Assembly: GCF_054482595.1 (NCBI RefSeq)
Contig: NZ_CM137008.1
DNA: 64,000 bases
Strand: one strand, 5' to 3'
In this document: positions 16,451-26,353 of the stretch, piece by piece
Numbering within the stretch: the first letter of the stretch is position 1
Layout of the letters: the number at the start of each line of letters is the position of its first letter
Translations under genes and position numbers: made by a program
Notes under the pieces: model-generated
Told to the model about the DNA's origin: nothing
Seen by the model: the letters and a program-made list of their open reading frames with translations, nothing else
Databases searched by the model: none

Positions 16451-16640
16451 AGGGGGAGGACAATCGCCTCCTCCCCCTGCACCCCCGGGCTCTGGCGAAC
16501 AAAATCGCCGCTGCGCGGTACCTTCAGCTTATCCCCTTCGGCTACCGGGTCGGGCGCGAGGTAACGTCCTTGTAAGACGCGCCCTCAGCCCACATCCATG
16601 TGGGCTGCCCCGGCCTTCGGGGAACGCTTCAGCGATTTTG
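16451..16640. repeat. Cluster of GC-rich perfect palindromes in dusC-yohP intergenic region
   Basis: cagggggagga-N8-tcctccccctg (11-bp arms), ggcgcg-N19-cgcgcc, cagcccacat-cc-atgtgggctg (10-bp arms) and ccccg-gcctt-cgggg, all read directly; not a canonical REP or ERIC sequence. Confidence 0.4.
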
Positions 16641-16726
16641 ACGCCACCAACACCGGAGCTGTTTGCAAATCAAGTACACAAAATATCTAGTTCCTGACCT
16701 GACAACTTATATGCCATATCTGATTT

Positions 16727-16810
16727 TTAAAATATCATCTTAAATACGCCAGTCACCACCAGTAGCCCAATCAGGAAAATAATCAATACAGCCCAGAGTA
16801 TAATTTTCAT
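16727..16810 (-). CDS. yohP: 27-aa small membrane protein YohP (MKIILWAVLIIFLIGLLVVTGVFKMIF)
   Basis: Not in ORF track (below length cutoff); found by reverse-complement reading; sequence recognised as YohP. Confidence 0.8.
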   Translation of the reverse strand: MKIILWAVLIIFLIGLLVVTGVFKMIF

Positions 16811-17033
16811 TGGCGTTCCTTTATTTGTGAGTGCTGAATAAGTATAGGAAAAAACGAAGCCCTTTGCCGTTATCCATAAACGATTAAGATAAATCGGAGA
16901 ATATCATTCACTTAGTGTATATTTTTCTGGATATGTCGTTTTATTGCTACTGATGTATTGCCACGCGAAACTAAAAAATATATCGCAACACACGGTAATC
17001 TCCGCGCACCTTTTCTTACCTGATTATTCCCCC

Positions 17034-18470
17034 ATGAATCGTGATTCCTTTTATCCAGCCATCGCCTGTTTTCCGCTGTTACTGATGCTGGCCGGGTGTG
17101 CGCCTATGCATGAAACCCGCCAGGCGTTAAGCCAGCAAACGCCCGCTGCACAAGTTGACACCGCATTACCCACGGCGCTGAAAAATGGTTGGCCAGACAG
17201 CCAATGGTGGCTGGAGTATCACGATAATCAACTCACTTCATTAATTAACAATGCACTACAGAACGCACCGGATATGCAGGTGGCTGAACAGCGCATTCAG
17301 CTAGCTGAAGCCCAGGCGAAGGCAATTGCCACTCAGGATGGTCCGCAGATCGACTTTTCTGCGGATATGGAGCGGCAAAAAATGTCGGCAGAAGGGCTAA
17401 TGGGGCCGTTTGCTCTGAACGATCCGGCCGCAGGTACGACCGGTCCGTGGTACACCAACGGAACTTTTGGCTTAACGGCGGGCTGGCATCTCGATATCTG
17501 GGGAAAGAATCGGGCGGAGGTTACTGCCCGCCTGGGTACGGTTAAAGCACGGGCGGCGGAACGCGAGCAAACCCGCCAATTGCTGGCTGGCAGCGTAGCC
17601 CGCCTGTACTGGGAGTGGCAAACCCAGGCGGCGTTAAACACTGTCTTGCAGCAAATCGAAAAAGAGCAGAACACCATTATCGCGACCGATCGCCAGCTAT
17701 ATCAGAACGGGATTACTTCTTCAGTTGAAGGTGTGGAAACCGATATTAATGCCAGCAAAACCCGGCAGCAGCTCAACGATGTCGCGGGGAAAATGAAAAT
17801 TATTGAGGCACGGTTAAGCGCACTTACAAATCACCAGACAAAGTCATTGAAGCTTAAACCGGTCGCGTTGCCGAAAGTGGCAAGCCAGCTTCCTGATGAA
17901 CTGGGGTACTCCTTACTGGCCCGGCGGGCAGATTTGCAGGCGGCGCACTGGTACGTTGAGTCATCGCTAAGCACCATTGATGCGGCAAAAGCGGCATTTT
18001 ATCCTGACATCAACCTGATGGCCTTCCTGCAACAGGATGCGTTGCATTTAAGCGATCTGTTCCGTCATTCCGCGCAGCAAATGGGCGTTACGGCAGGCCT
18101 GACGCTACCCATTTTCGATAGTGGTCGTCTTAACGCCAACCTCGATATCGCAAAAGCCGAAAGCAACTTGTCTATCGCCAGCTACAACAAAGCGGTGGTT
18201 GAAGCGGTGAATGACGTGGCGCGGGCAGCCAGTCAGGTTCAGACACTGGCGGAGAAAAACCAGCATCAGGCGCAAATTGAGCGCGATGCCTTGCGTGTGG
18301 TAGGTCTTGCGCAGGCCCGCTTTAACGCGGGCATCATTGCTGGTTCCCGCGTCAGCGAAGCCAGAATCCCCGCGCTGCGTGAGCGGGCCAATGGCCTGTT
18401 ATTGCAAGGGCAGTGGCTGGATGCCTCCATTCAACTCACTGGTGCGTTGGGCGGGGGTTACAAACGCTGA
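17034..18470 (+). CDS. mdtQ: Outer-membrane efflux lipoprotein (OMF / NodT family), intact
   Basis: ATG at 17034 gives a 478-aa protein with lipobox LLMLAGC; track ORF starts upstream. Recalled as a pseudogene in K-12; intact here. Confidence 0.85.
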   Translation: MNRDSFYPAIACFPLLLMLAGCAPMHETRQALSQQTPAAQVDTALPTALKNGWPDSQWWLEYHDNQLTSLINNALQNAPDMQVAEQRIQLAEAQAKAIATQDGPQIDFSADMERQKMSAEGLMGPFALNDPAAGTTGPWYTNGTFGLTAGWHLDIWGKNRAEVTARLGTVKARAAEREQTRQLLAGSVARLYWEWQTQAALNTVLQQIEKEQNTIIATDRQLYQNGITSSVEGVETDINASKTRQQLNDVAGKMKIIEARLSALTNHQTKSLKLKPVALPKVASQLPDELGYSLLARRADLQAAHWYVESSLSTIDAAKAAFYPDINLMAFLQQDALHLSDLFRHSAQQMGVTAGLTLPIFDSGRLNANLDIAKAESNLSIASYNKAVVEAVNDVARAASQVQTLAEKNQHQAQIERDALRVVGLAQARFNAGIIAGSRVSEARIPALRERANGLLLQGQWLDASIQLTGALGGGYKR

Positions 18471-18522
18471 TGATATGTGACTTCTATACTTAACGTTTAT
18501 TCAGCGTTAAGTGGAGAACTCG

Positions 18523-19284
18523 ATGGCACAGGTAGCGATTATTACCGCCTCCGATTCGGGGATCGGCAAAGAGTGCGCGTTATTACTGGCGCAGCAAGGG
18601 TTTGATATTGGCATTACCTGGCACTCAGATGAAGAAGGGGCAAAAGATACCGCGCGTGAGGTAGTTAGCCACGGCGTACGTGCGGAGATTGTGCAGCTGG
18701 ATCTCGGTAAACTGCCAGAAGGTGCGCAGGCGCTGGAGAAACTCATTCAACGGCTGGGGCGTATTGATGTGCTGGTGAATAATGCGGGCGCAATGACCAA
18801 AGCGCCGTTTCTTGATATGGCTTTCTATGAGTGGCGCAAGATTTTTACCGTTGATGTCGATGGTGCATTTTTATGCTCGCAAATTGCTGCCCGCCAGATG
18901 GTGAAACAAGGGCAGGGTGGTCGCATCATCAACATTACGTCGGTACATGAACATACGCCGCTGCCGGATGCCAGCGGCTACACAGCCGCTAAACATGCGC
19001 TCGGTGGGTTAACCAAAGCAATGGCGCTGGAGTTGGTCAGGCATAAGATTTTGGTGAACGCAGTCGCACCTGGGGCGATCGCTACGCCAATGAACGGCAT
19101 GGATGATAGCGACGTGAAGCCCGACGCGGAGCCTTCGATTCCTCTGCGGCGTTTTGGCGCAACGCATGAGATTGCCAGCCTGGTGGCGTGGCTTTGTTCG
19201 GAGGGTGCAAATTACACCACCGGGCAGTCGTTGATAGTGGATGGCGGCTTTATGTTGGCGAATCCGCAGTTCAACCCAGAATAG
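18523..19284 (+). CDS. yohF: Short-chain dehydrogenase/reductase (SDR)
   Basis: ATG at 18523 gives 253-aa protein with TASDSGIGKE cofactor-binding motif and YTAAK catalytic motif. Confidence 0.9.
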   Translation: MAQVAIITASDSGIGKECALLLAQQGFDIGITWHSDEEGAKDTAREVVSHGVRAEIVQLDLGKLPEGAQALEKLIQRLGRIDVLVNNAGAMTKAPFLDMAFYEWRKIFTVDVDGAFLCSQIAARQMVKQGQGGRIINITSVHEHTPLPDASGYTAAKHALGGLTKAMALELVRHKILVNAVAPGAIATPMNGMDDSDVKPDAEPSIPLRRFGATHEIASLVAWLCSEGANYTTGQSLIVDGGFMLANPQFNPE

Positions 19285-19324
19285 CGCAGTGAGGTGCGTG
19301 GTTATTTCAATGGGTAAAATTTTG

Positions 19325-19406
19325 GTAGACATGATAAGACGCACAAGCGCCGCATCAGGCATGGTGCACCGGATGTCGGATGCGGTACGCACGCCTTATC
19401 CAGAGC
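19325..19406. repeat. BIME: two REP units in yohF-yohD intergenic region
   Basis: gtagacatgataagacgcacaagcgccgcatcaggc and ccggatgtcggatgcggtacgcacgccttatcc both match REP consensus. Confidence 0.6.
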
Positions 19407-19413
19407 AATGTTT

Positions 19414-19992
19414 TTACGCCTGATTATCCGGCTTTTTCTTCCCGCGCCGTTTCAGCCACCAGCGCACGCCTACCACCAGAACCACGACCAGAATCAACCA
19501 GACCCAGTGCTTCAAATGCTGGTCGAGATTGTGCAACCACGGCGCAATCACCTGACCACCAGCGTAACCGATAGTGGTAAAAATCAACGCCCAGGCAAAT
19601 GCGCCGAGAATATTCAGCGGCAGAAAGATTTTCGGCGGCAGCTGGCTGGCACCAATCAGCGTCGGGCCAATCACCCGAAAGCCATACATAAAGCGCGTAC
19701 CAATGACAAACAGATACGGATGGCGTTGGATCAGTTTCTGCGCCCGCTCAATTTTATCCTGATGTTTCGAGAAACGGCGTAACAGCTTGCCGCCAAACCG
19801 CCGCCCGCACAGATAGAGCACCTGGTCGCCAATCATGCCGCCAAGCGCTACAGAAAGTACCACCAGCGGGAACTTTAATAGCCCCTGATGCGCCGCAACG
19901 CCTCCCAGCAAAGTCACGGTTTCACCTTCCGCCAGGCTACCGATCACCAGCGCGGCATAACCATATTGTGAGATGAGTGTATTGAGATCCAT
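19414..19992 (-). CDS. yohD: DedA-family inner-membrane protein
   Basis: ATG at 19992 gives 192-aa MDLNTLISQYGYAALVIGSLAEGE… protein; track ORF starts upstream. Confidence 0.85.
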   Translation of the reverse strand: MDLNTLISQYGYAALVIGSLAEGETVTLLGGVAAHQGLLKFPLVVLSVALGGMIGDQVLYLCGRRFGGKLLRRFSKHQDKIERAQKLIQRHPYLFVIGTRFMYGFRVIGPTLIGASQLPPKIFLPLNILGAFAWALIFTTIGYAGGQVIAPWLHNLDQHLKHWVWLILVVVLVVGVRWWLKRRGKKKPDNQA

Positions 19993-20161
19993 AGGCCAGT
20001 CTGTCTCCCTTTGGTTGCCTGTAAGCATACACCCTGGAAATCATTCACGCTGAAAAAGGACGTACATCAGACGGTGCAAATTACATGAGCGAACAAAAAA
20101 TAATCACAAGCTGACTTATACTTGAACTGTCAGGTTCATGAACTCACAACAAGGGGGCGGT

Positions 20162-20749
20162 ATGAGCCATGTCTGGGGACTGTTTTCCCATCCCGATCGT
20201 GAAATGCAGGTGATTAATCGCGAAAACGAAACGATTTCTCACCATTACACCCACCACGTTTTGCTGATGGCGGCGATTCCGGTGATTTGCGCCTTCATTG
20301 GCACTACACAGATTGGCTGGAATTTTGGCGATGGCACTATCCTGAAGTTATCCTGGTTTACCGGACTGGCGCTGGCTGTCTTGTTTTACGGCGTTATGCT
20401 GGCTGGGGTTGCGGTGATGGGGCGGGTCATCTGGTGGATGGCGCGTAATTACCCGCAGCGTCCGTCACTTGCGCACTGCATGGTCTTCGCGGGCTACGTT
20501 GCAACTCCGCTGTTTTTAAGCGGTCTGGTGGCGCTTTATCCGCTGGTCTGGTTGTGTGCGCTGGTCGGCACGGTGGCACTGTTTTACACCGGTTACCTGC
20601 TTTACCTTGGTATTCCGAGCTTCCTGAATATCAACAAAGAGGAAGGCCTTAGCTTCTCCAGTTCGACGCTGGCGATTGGCGTGCTGGTACTGGAAGTGCT
20701 GCTCGCCCTAACCGTTATACTATGGGGCTACGGTTATCGTTTGTTCTAG
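20162..20749 (+). CDS. yohC: Yip1-family inner-membrane protein
   Basis: ATG at 20162 gives 195-aa MSHVWGLFSHPDREMQ… protein. Confidence 0.85.
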   Translation: MSHVWGLFSHPDREMQVINRENETISHHYTHHVLLMAAIPVICAFIGTTQIGWNFGDGTILKLSWFTGLALAVLFYGVMLAGVAVMGRVIWWMARNYPQRPSLAHCMVFAGYVATPLFLSGLVALYPLVWLCALVGTVALFYTGYLLYLGIPSFLNINKEEGLSFSSSTLAIGVLVLEVLLALTVILWGYGYRLF

Positions 20750-20922
20750 AAAGTTCTTTGACGTTGCATTGCTGGCGTAAATGTCAGCAATGCAGCATTT
20801 CCTCACGATTCTCCTTTGACGATCGCACTTTTTGCTCGTTATGATGGCGTCGCTAGCCTCAGTAAATCCTTACTCCGGCGGTGCGCAACCCGTGCGCGTG
20901 AACCACTATCTGAATGCTCATC

Positions 20923-21855
20923 ATGCCGAAATTTCGAGTTTCTTTATTTAGCCTGGCCCTTATGCTGGCTGTGCCTTTTGCACCGCAGGCCGTTGCGAAA
21001 ACGGCAGCAGCTACCACCGCTTCACAACCGGAAATTGCCTCCGGTAGCGCGATGATTGTTGATCTGAATACCAACAAAGTGATCTATTCGAACCACCCGG
21101 ATCTGGTGCGTCCGATTGCGTCTATCAGCAAATTAATGACCGCGATGGTTGTGCTGGATGCACGACTGCCGCTGGATGAAAAACTAAAAGTGGATATCAG
21201 CCAGACGCCGGAGATGAAAGGGGTCTATTCGCGCGTACGACTGAACAGCGAAATCAGCCGTAAAGATATGCTGTTGCTGGCGCTGATGTCTTCAGAAAAC
21301 CGCGCGGCGGCAAGCCTTGCGCACCATTATCCCGGTGGTTACAAAGCCTTTATTAAGGCGATGAATGCGAAAGCGAAATCGCTCGGAATGAACAACACGC
21401 GCTTTGTTGAACCGACCGGATTGTCGGTGCATAACGTTTCAACTGCCCGTGACTTAACCAAACTGCTCATTGCCAGCAAACAATATCCGTTGATCGGTCA
21501 GTTAAGTACTACCCGGGAAGATATGGCAACCTTCTCTAACCCGACGTATACGCTGCCGTTCCGCAATACTAACCATCTGGTGTATCGCGATAACTGGAAT
21601 ATTCAGTTAACCAAAACGGGCTTTACCAATGCGGCGGGCCATTGTCTGGTGATGCGTACGGTTATCAATAATAAACCGGTAGCGCTGGTAGTGATGGACG
21701 CGTTTGGCAAATATACCCATTTTGCCGATGCCAGCCGCCTGCGTACCTGGATTGAGACCGGTAAAGTGATGCCTGTTCCGGCAGCAGCGTTAAGCTATAA
21801 AAAACAAAAAGCCGCCCAAATGGCGGCGGCGGGGCAGACGGCACAGAACGATTGA
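20923..21855 (+). CDS. pbpG: D-alanyl-D-alanine endopeptidase PBP7
   Basis: ATG at 20923 gives 310-aa protein with signal peptide and SISK (SxxK) active-site motif. Confidence 0.9.
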
Positions 21856-21860
21856 GTGAA

Positions 21861-21896
21861 TTACGGATGGCGATACTCTGCCATCCGTAATTTTTA
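21861..21896. terminator. Bidirectional Rho-independent terminator between convergent pbpG and dld
   Basis: ttacggatggc…gccatccgtaa 11-bp stem followed by TTTTT on plus strand; A-rich on other side. Confidence 0.7.
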
Positions 21897-23609
21897 CTCC
21901 ACTTCCTGCCAGTTTTTCCGCTTACTGGTTTTACCGATCCCCGGATTCATACTGTTGGTCGGATCGTTCTCGCGATAAAACTTCTGCAACGTCTCCGGTG
22001 CTTTATACAAATGACCGACGTTATGTTCGGCAGGGTATTGCGCGCCGCGCTGCTGTAGCAGTTCCAGCATCTGTTCTTTCAACGCATGCACATCCACGCC
22101 TTTTTTAACGATGTAATCCTGATGGAAGACATAGCACATAAAATGGCCGTAATAGAGCTTGTGCACCAGCTGGCTGTCGATCTCCGGCGGTAAATGCTCA
22201 TACCACTCGGTGTCGTTACGCCGCAGAGCGATATCCAGCGCCAGAATGTCTTCGACTTCATCGGAATGCACCGCCTGATAACGAATTGCTGCGCCCGCAG
22301 CGGCGAAACGGTGTAAAAACGCTTTGCTGCCTTCCTCCGGCGTACAGACAAAGAAATCGCCTTCGGCCTGTTTGAAATAATCCACCAGCCACGATTTGGC
22401 TTCGCCCACGCCATCGCCCGCCATTTTTAACAGCAGATGATGCTCGTATTTATCGCGCCAGTTTTTCATGCGCGGCGGTAAATGGCTGGGGAACAGGTGA
22501 CCGAATTTTTGCATCGCACGGTCAGTAAAATGCGGACGGAAGAATTTCACTTTCTCCAGCATCGCATCGGTGCGTCCCTTGAGATTAAAGAAGAACGGCA
22601 TCTTATCGGTGCCTAACTTATCAATCATCAGGAAGGTGTCTTTGCCGTATTTTTCCGCAATATCGTAGATATCCCGGTGCATATATTCCCCGGCAACCGG
22701 CAGATTTTCGAAGTTAGCCAGAATATGACGGCGGATTTCGGTCAGCACTTCCGGCTGGTTGGTGCCGATATAAAACACCTGCTGATTTTTTTCCGCTTCG
22801 AAGGTATCAAGACGTACTGCAAAGACGGCCAGCTTCCCGGCGCAACCAGAAGATTCAAATAACCGATCCGGATCGGCGTTATAACGTGCGGGCGTGTCGG
22901 CTTCAATATCACGAACGCGGTGGACATAGTCATAATCGTGGGCGTGACGACCATCGTGACGCACATCGTCATCTTTGATGCGATCGTCATCCAGCTTGCT
23001 AAGGATCTGCTCCGGCGTTTCGCCCAGATCAATCCCCAGGTGGTTAACCAACGTCAGCTTGCCGTTTTCATCTATGCGTGCGAATAACGACATTTCGGTA
23101 TACGCCGGGCCACGTTGCACCAGCGAGCCGCCTGAGTTGTTACAAATACCGCCGATGACCGATGCGCCAATGCACGATGAACCAATCACCGAGTGCGGTT
23201 CGCGTCCCAGCGGTTTGAGGGCTTTTTCCAGCGAATAAAGCGTGGTGCCCGGATAGGCCAGCACCTGTTCGCCCTTGCCGAGAACGTGCAGCTTGTCGAG
23301 ACGCAGGGTGCTGATGATCACGATATCGCGATCATAATCGTTACCGTTTGGCGTCGATCCTTCGGTCAGGCCTGTATTGGCAGCCTGCATCAGAATAATT
23401 TTGTCGGCGGTGACGCAGGCTTTCAGCACCCGCCACAATTCCAGTAGTGAGCCAGGGAAAACGACAGCCAGCGCGTCGCCCTGACCAGAACGGAAGCCCT
23501 TGCGATAGCGGGCCGTTTTTGCGGGATCGGTGAGCAGGTGTGAATGACCGACCAGACGGGCAAGTTCATTCAAAAAGGCTTTATTATCAGTTGTTGTCAT
23601 GGAAGACAT
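21894..23609 (-). CDS. dld: FAD-dependent D-lactate dehydrogenase (membrane-associated)
   Basis: ATG at 23609 gives 571-aa MSSMTTTDNKAFLNEL… protein recognised as Dld; track ORF starts upstream. Confidence 0.9.
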   Translation of the reverse strand: MSSMTTTDNKAFLNELARLVGHSHLLTDPAKTARYRKGFRSGQGDALAVVFPGSLLELWRVLKACVTADKIILMQAANTGLTEGSTPNGNDYDRDIVIISTLRLDKLHVLGKGEQVLAYPGTTLYSLEKALKPLGREPHSVIGSSCIGASVIGGICNNSGGSLVQRGPAYTEMSLFARIDENGKLTLVNHLGIDLGETPEQILSKLDDDRIKDDDVRHDGRHAHDYDYVHRVRDIEADTPARYNADPDRLFESSGCAGKLAVFAVRLDTFEAEKNQQVFYIGTNQPEVLTEIRRHILANFENLPVAGEYMHRDIYDIAEKYGKDTFLMIDKLGTDKMPFFFNLKGRTDAMLEKVKFFRPHFTDRAMQKFGHLFPSHLPPRMKNWRDKYEHHLLLKMAGDGVGEAKSWLVDYFKQAEGDFFVCTPEEGSKAFLHRFAAAGAAIRYQAVHSDEVEDILALDIALRRNDTEWYEHLPPEIDSQLVHKLYYGHFMCYVFHQDYIVKKGVDVHALKEQMLELLQQRGAQYPAEHNVGHLYKAPETLQKFYRENDPTNSMNPGIGKTSKRKNWQEVE

Positions 23610-23804
23610 TTTCCACTCCTTGTGGTGGCGAAAAAATATCACAAACTAGAATAGCGCCTTGTATGACAATTCAGCGAGTGAATATTTTGAAAATTCAGAC
23701 AATAAACTGAGCATTCTTTTTCTCTCTCCATCATGCTTATGGCAAACTACGGTTTTTGCACCATTTTCGCTGCCACGTCGGGCAACAAAGGAAGAAAAAT
23801 CCAT

Positions 23805-26102
23805 ATGAAATGGCTATGTTCAGTAGGAATCGCGGTGAGTCTGGCCCTGCAGCCAGCACTGGCGGATGATTTATTCGGTAACCATCCATTAACGCCTGAA
23901 GCGCGGGATGCGTTCGTCACCGAACTGCTTAAGAAAATGACAGTTGATGAGAAAATTGGTCAGCTGCGCTTAATCAGCGTCGGCCCGGATAACCCGAAAG
24001 AGGCGATCCGCGAGATGATCAAAGACGGTCAGGTTGGGGCGATTTTCAACACCGTAACCCGTCAGGATATCCGCGCCATGCAGGATCAGGTGATGGAATT
24101 AAGCCGCCTGAAAATTCCTCTTTTCTTTGCTTACGACGTGCTGCACGGTCAGCGCACGGTGTTCCCGATTAGCCTCGGTCTGGCCTCGTCTTTTAACCTC
24201 GATGCAGTAAAAACGGTCGGACGTGTCTCTGCTTATGAAGCGGCAGATGATGGCCTGAATATGACCTGGGCACCGATGGTCGATGTCTCGCGCGATCCGC
24301 GCTGGGGACGTGCTTCCGAAGGTTTTGGCGAAGATACGTATCTCACCTCAATAATGGGTAAAACCATGGTGGAAGCGATGCAGGGTAAAAGCCCGGCAGA
24401 TCGCTACTCAGTGATGACCAGCGTCAAACACTTTGCCGCATACGGTGCGGTAGAAGGCGGTAAAGAGTACAACACCGTCGATATGAGTCCGCAGCGCCTG
24501 TTTAATGATTATATGCCGCCGTACAAAGCGGGGCTGGACGCAGGCAGCGGCGCGGTGATGGTGGCGCTGAACTCGCTGAACGGCACGCCAGCCACCTCCG
24601 ATTCCTGGCTGCTGAAAGATGTTCTGCGCGACCAGTGGGGTTTTAAAGGCATCACCGTTTCCGATCACGGTGCAATCAAAGAGCTGATTAAACATGGCAC
24701 GGCGGCAGATCCGGAAGATGCGGTGCGCGTGGCGTTGAAATCCGGAATCAACATGAGCATGAGCGACGAGTACTACTCGAAGTATCTGCCTGGGTTGATT
24801 AAATCCGGTAAAGTGACGATGGCAGAGCTGGACGATGCTGCCCGCCATGTACTGAACGTTAAATATGATATGGGGTTGTTTAACGACCCATACAGCCATC
24901 TCGGTCCGAAAGAGTCTGACCCGGTGGATACCAATGCCGAAAGCCGCTTGCACCGCAAAGAAGCGCGTGAAGTGGCGCGTGAAAGCCTGGTGTTGCTGAA
25001 AAACCGTCTCGAAACGTTACCGCTGAAAAAATCCGCAACCATTGCGGTGGTTGGCCCGCTGGCAGACAGCAAGCGTGACGTGATGGGAAGCTGGTCGGCG
25101 GCAGGTGTTGCAGATCAATCCGTGACCGTGCTGACCGGGATTAAAAATGCCGTCGGTGAAAACGGTAAAGTGCTGTATGCCAAAGGGGCGAACGTTACCA
25201 GTGACAAAGGCATTATCGATTTCCTGAATCAGTATGAAGAAGCGGTCAAAGTCGATCCGCGTTCGCCGCAAGAGATGATTGATGAAGCGGTGCAGACGGC
25301 GAAACAATCTGATGTGGTGGTGGCTGTAGTCGGTGAAGCACAGGGGATGGCGCACGAGGCCTCCAGCCGTACCGATATTACTATTCCGCAAAGCCAACGT
25401 GACTTGATTGCGGCGCTGAAAGCCACCGGTAAACCGCTGGTGCTGGTGCTGATGAACGGGCGTCCGCTGGCGCTGGTGAAAGAAGATCAGCAGGCTGATG
25501 CGATTCTGGAAACCTGGTTTGCGGGGACTGAAGGCGGTAATGCAATTGCCGATGTGTTGTTTGGCGATTACAACCCGTCCGGCAAGCTGCCGATGTCCTT
25601 CCCGCGTTCTGTCGGGCAGATCCCGGTGTACTACAGCCATCTGAACACCGGTCGTCCGTATAATGCCGACAAGCCGAACAAATACACTTCGCGTTATTTT
25701 GATGAAGCTAACGGGGCGCTTTATCCGTTCGGCTATGGTCTGAGCTATACCACTTTCACCGTCTCTGATGTGAAACTTTCTGCGCCGACCATGAAGCGTG
25801 ACGGCAAAGTGACGGCCAGCGTGCAGGTGACGAACACCGGTAAACGCGAAGGGGCCACGGTAGTGCAGATGTACTTGCAGGATGTGACGGCTTCCATGAG
25901 TCGTCCGGTGAAACAGCTGAAAGGCTTTGAGAAAATCACCCTGAAACCGGGCGAAACTCAGACCGTTAGCTTCCCGATTGATATCGAGGCGCTGAAGTTC
26001 TGGAATCAACAGATGAAATATGACGCCGAGCCTGGCAAGTTCAATGTCTTTATCGGCACTGATTCCGCACGCGTTAAGAAAGGCGAGTTTGAGTTGCTGT
26101 AA
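23805..26102 (+). CDS. bglX: Periplasmic beta-glucosidase (GH3)
   Basis: ATG at 23805 gives 765-aa signal-peptide protein MKWLCSVGIAVSLALQPALA…; recognised as BglX. Confidence 0.95.
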   Translation: MKWLCSVGIAVSLALQPALADDLFGNHPLTPEARDAFVTELLKKMTVDEKIGQLRLISVGPDNPKEAIREMIKDGQVGAIFNTVTRQDIRAMQDQVMELSRLKIPLFFAYDVLHGQRTVFPISLGLASSFNLDAVKTVGRVSAYEAADDGLNMTWAPMVDVSRDPRWGRASEGFGEDTYLTSIMGKTMVEAMQGKSPADRYSVMTSVKHFAAYGAVEGGKEYNTVDMSPQRLFNDYMPPYKAGLDAGSGAVMVALNSLNGTPATSDSWLLKDVLRDQWGFKGITVSDHGAIKELIKHGTAADPEDAVRVALKSGINMSMSDEYYSKYLPGLIKSGKVTMAELDDAARHVLNVKYDMGLFNDPYSHLGPKESDPVDTNAESRLHRKEAREVARESLVLLKNRLETLPLKKSATIAVVGPLADSKRDVMGSWSAAGVADQSVTVLTGIKNAVGENGKVLYAKGANVTSDKGIIDFLNQYEEAVKVDPRSPQEMIDEAVQTAKQSDVVVAVVGEAQGMAHEASSRTDITIPQSQRDLIAALKATGKPLVLVLMNGRPLALVKEDQQADAILETWFAGTEGGNAIADVLFGDYNPSGKLPMSFPRSVGQIPVYYSHLNTGRPYNADKPNKYTSRYFDEANGALYPFGYGLSYTTFTVSDVKLSAPTMKRDGKVTASVQVTNTGKREGATVVQMYLQDVTASMSRPVKQLKGFEKITLKPGETQTVSFPIDIEALKFWNQQMKYDAEPGKFNVFIGTDSARVKKGEFELL

Positions 26103-26112
26103 TGCTTTAGTA

Positions 26113-26135
26113 AGGGCGCGACGTTTGCGCCCTTT
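26113..26135 (+). terminator. bglX Rho-independent terminator
   Basis: agggcgcgacgtttgcgccct hairpin followed by ttgcctgatg T-rich tail. Confidence 0.55.
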
Positions 26136-26176
26136 GCCTGATGTTCATATCTTAACTTGCTGAATTTTCGCCCTTT

Positions 26177-26213
26177 GTAGGCCGGATAAGGCGCTCGCGC
26201 CGCATCCGGCAGG
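26177..26213. repeat. REP element downstream of bglX
   Basis: gtaggccggataaggcgctcgcgccgcatccggca is a near-consensus REP. Confidence 0.7.
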
Positions 26214-26353
26214 AAACGCCGGACCGAATATGCCTCTTAAGTATTTATCTGATTCTGCAACTGAATCCGTCCGCTCAGGCTAACTCTGTCATTATCAACT
26301 ATGCTTTTCTCTTAATTCGCTGAAAACAACAGTAAAAGAATGAGGAAAGCATC

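Noticed and set aside
16367-16564. 65-aa plus-strand ORF downstream of dusC
   Set aside because: Runs through the GC-rich palindrome cluster, with Arg/Gly/Pro/Ser low-complexity C-terminus and no convincing RBS; more likely a structured non-coding region.
24408-26009. Long antisense ORFs inside bglX (24408-24953, 25017-26009), and similar ones inside folE (2336-2956), mglB (5643-6122), preA/preT, yehY (27358-28332) and metG (55197-56189)
   Set aside because: Shadow ORFs on the opposite strand of well-supported genes in a GC-balanced genome; no independent start signals or recognisable domains.
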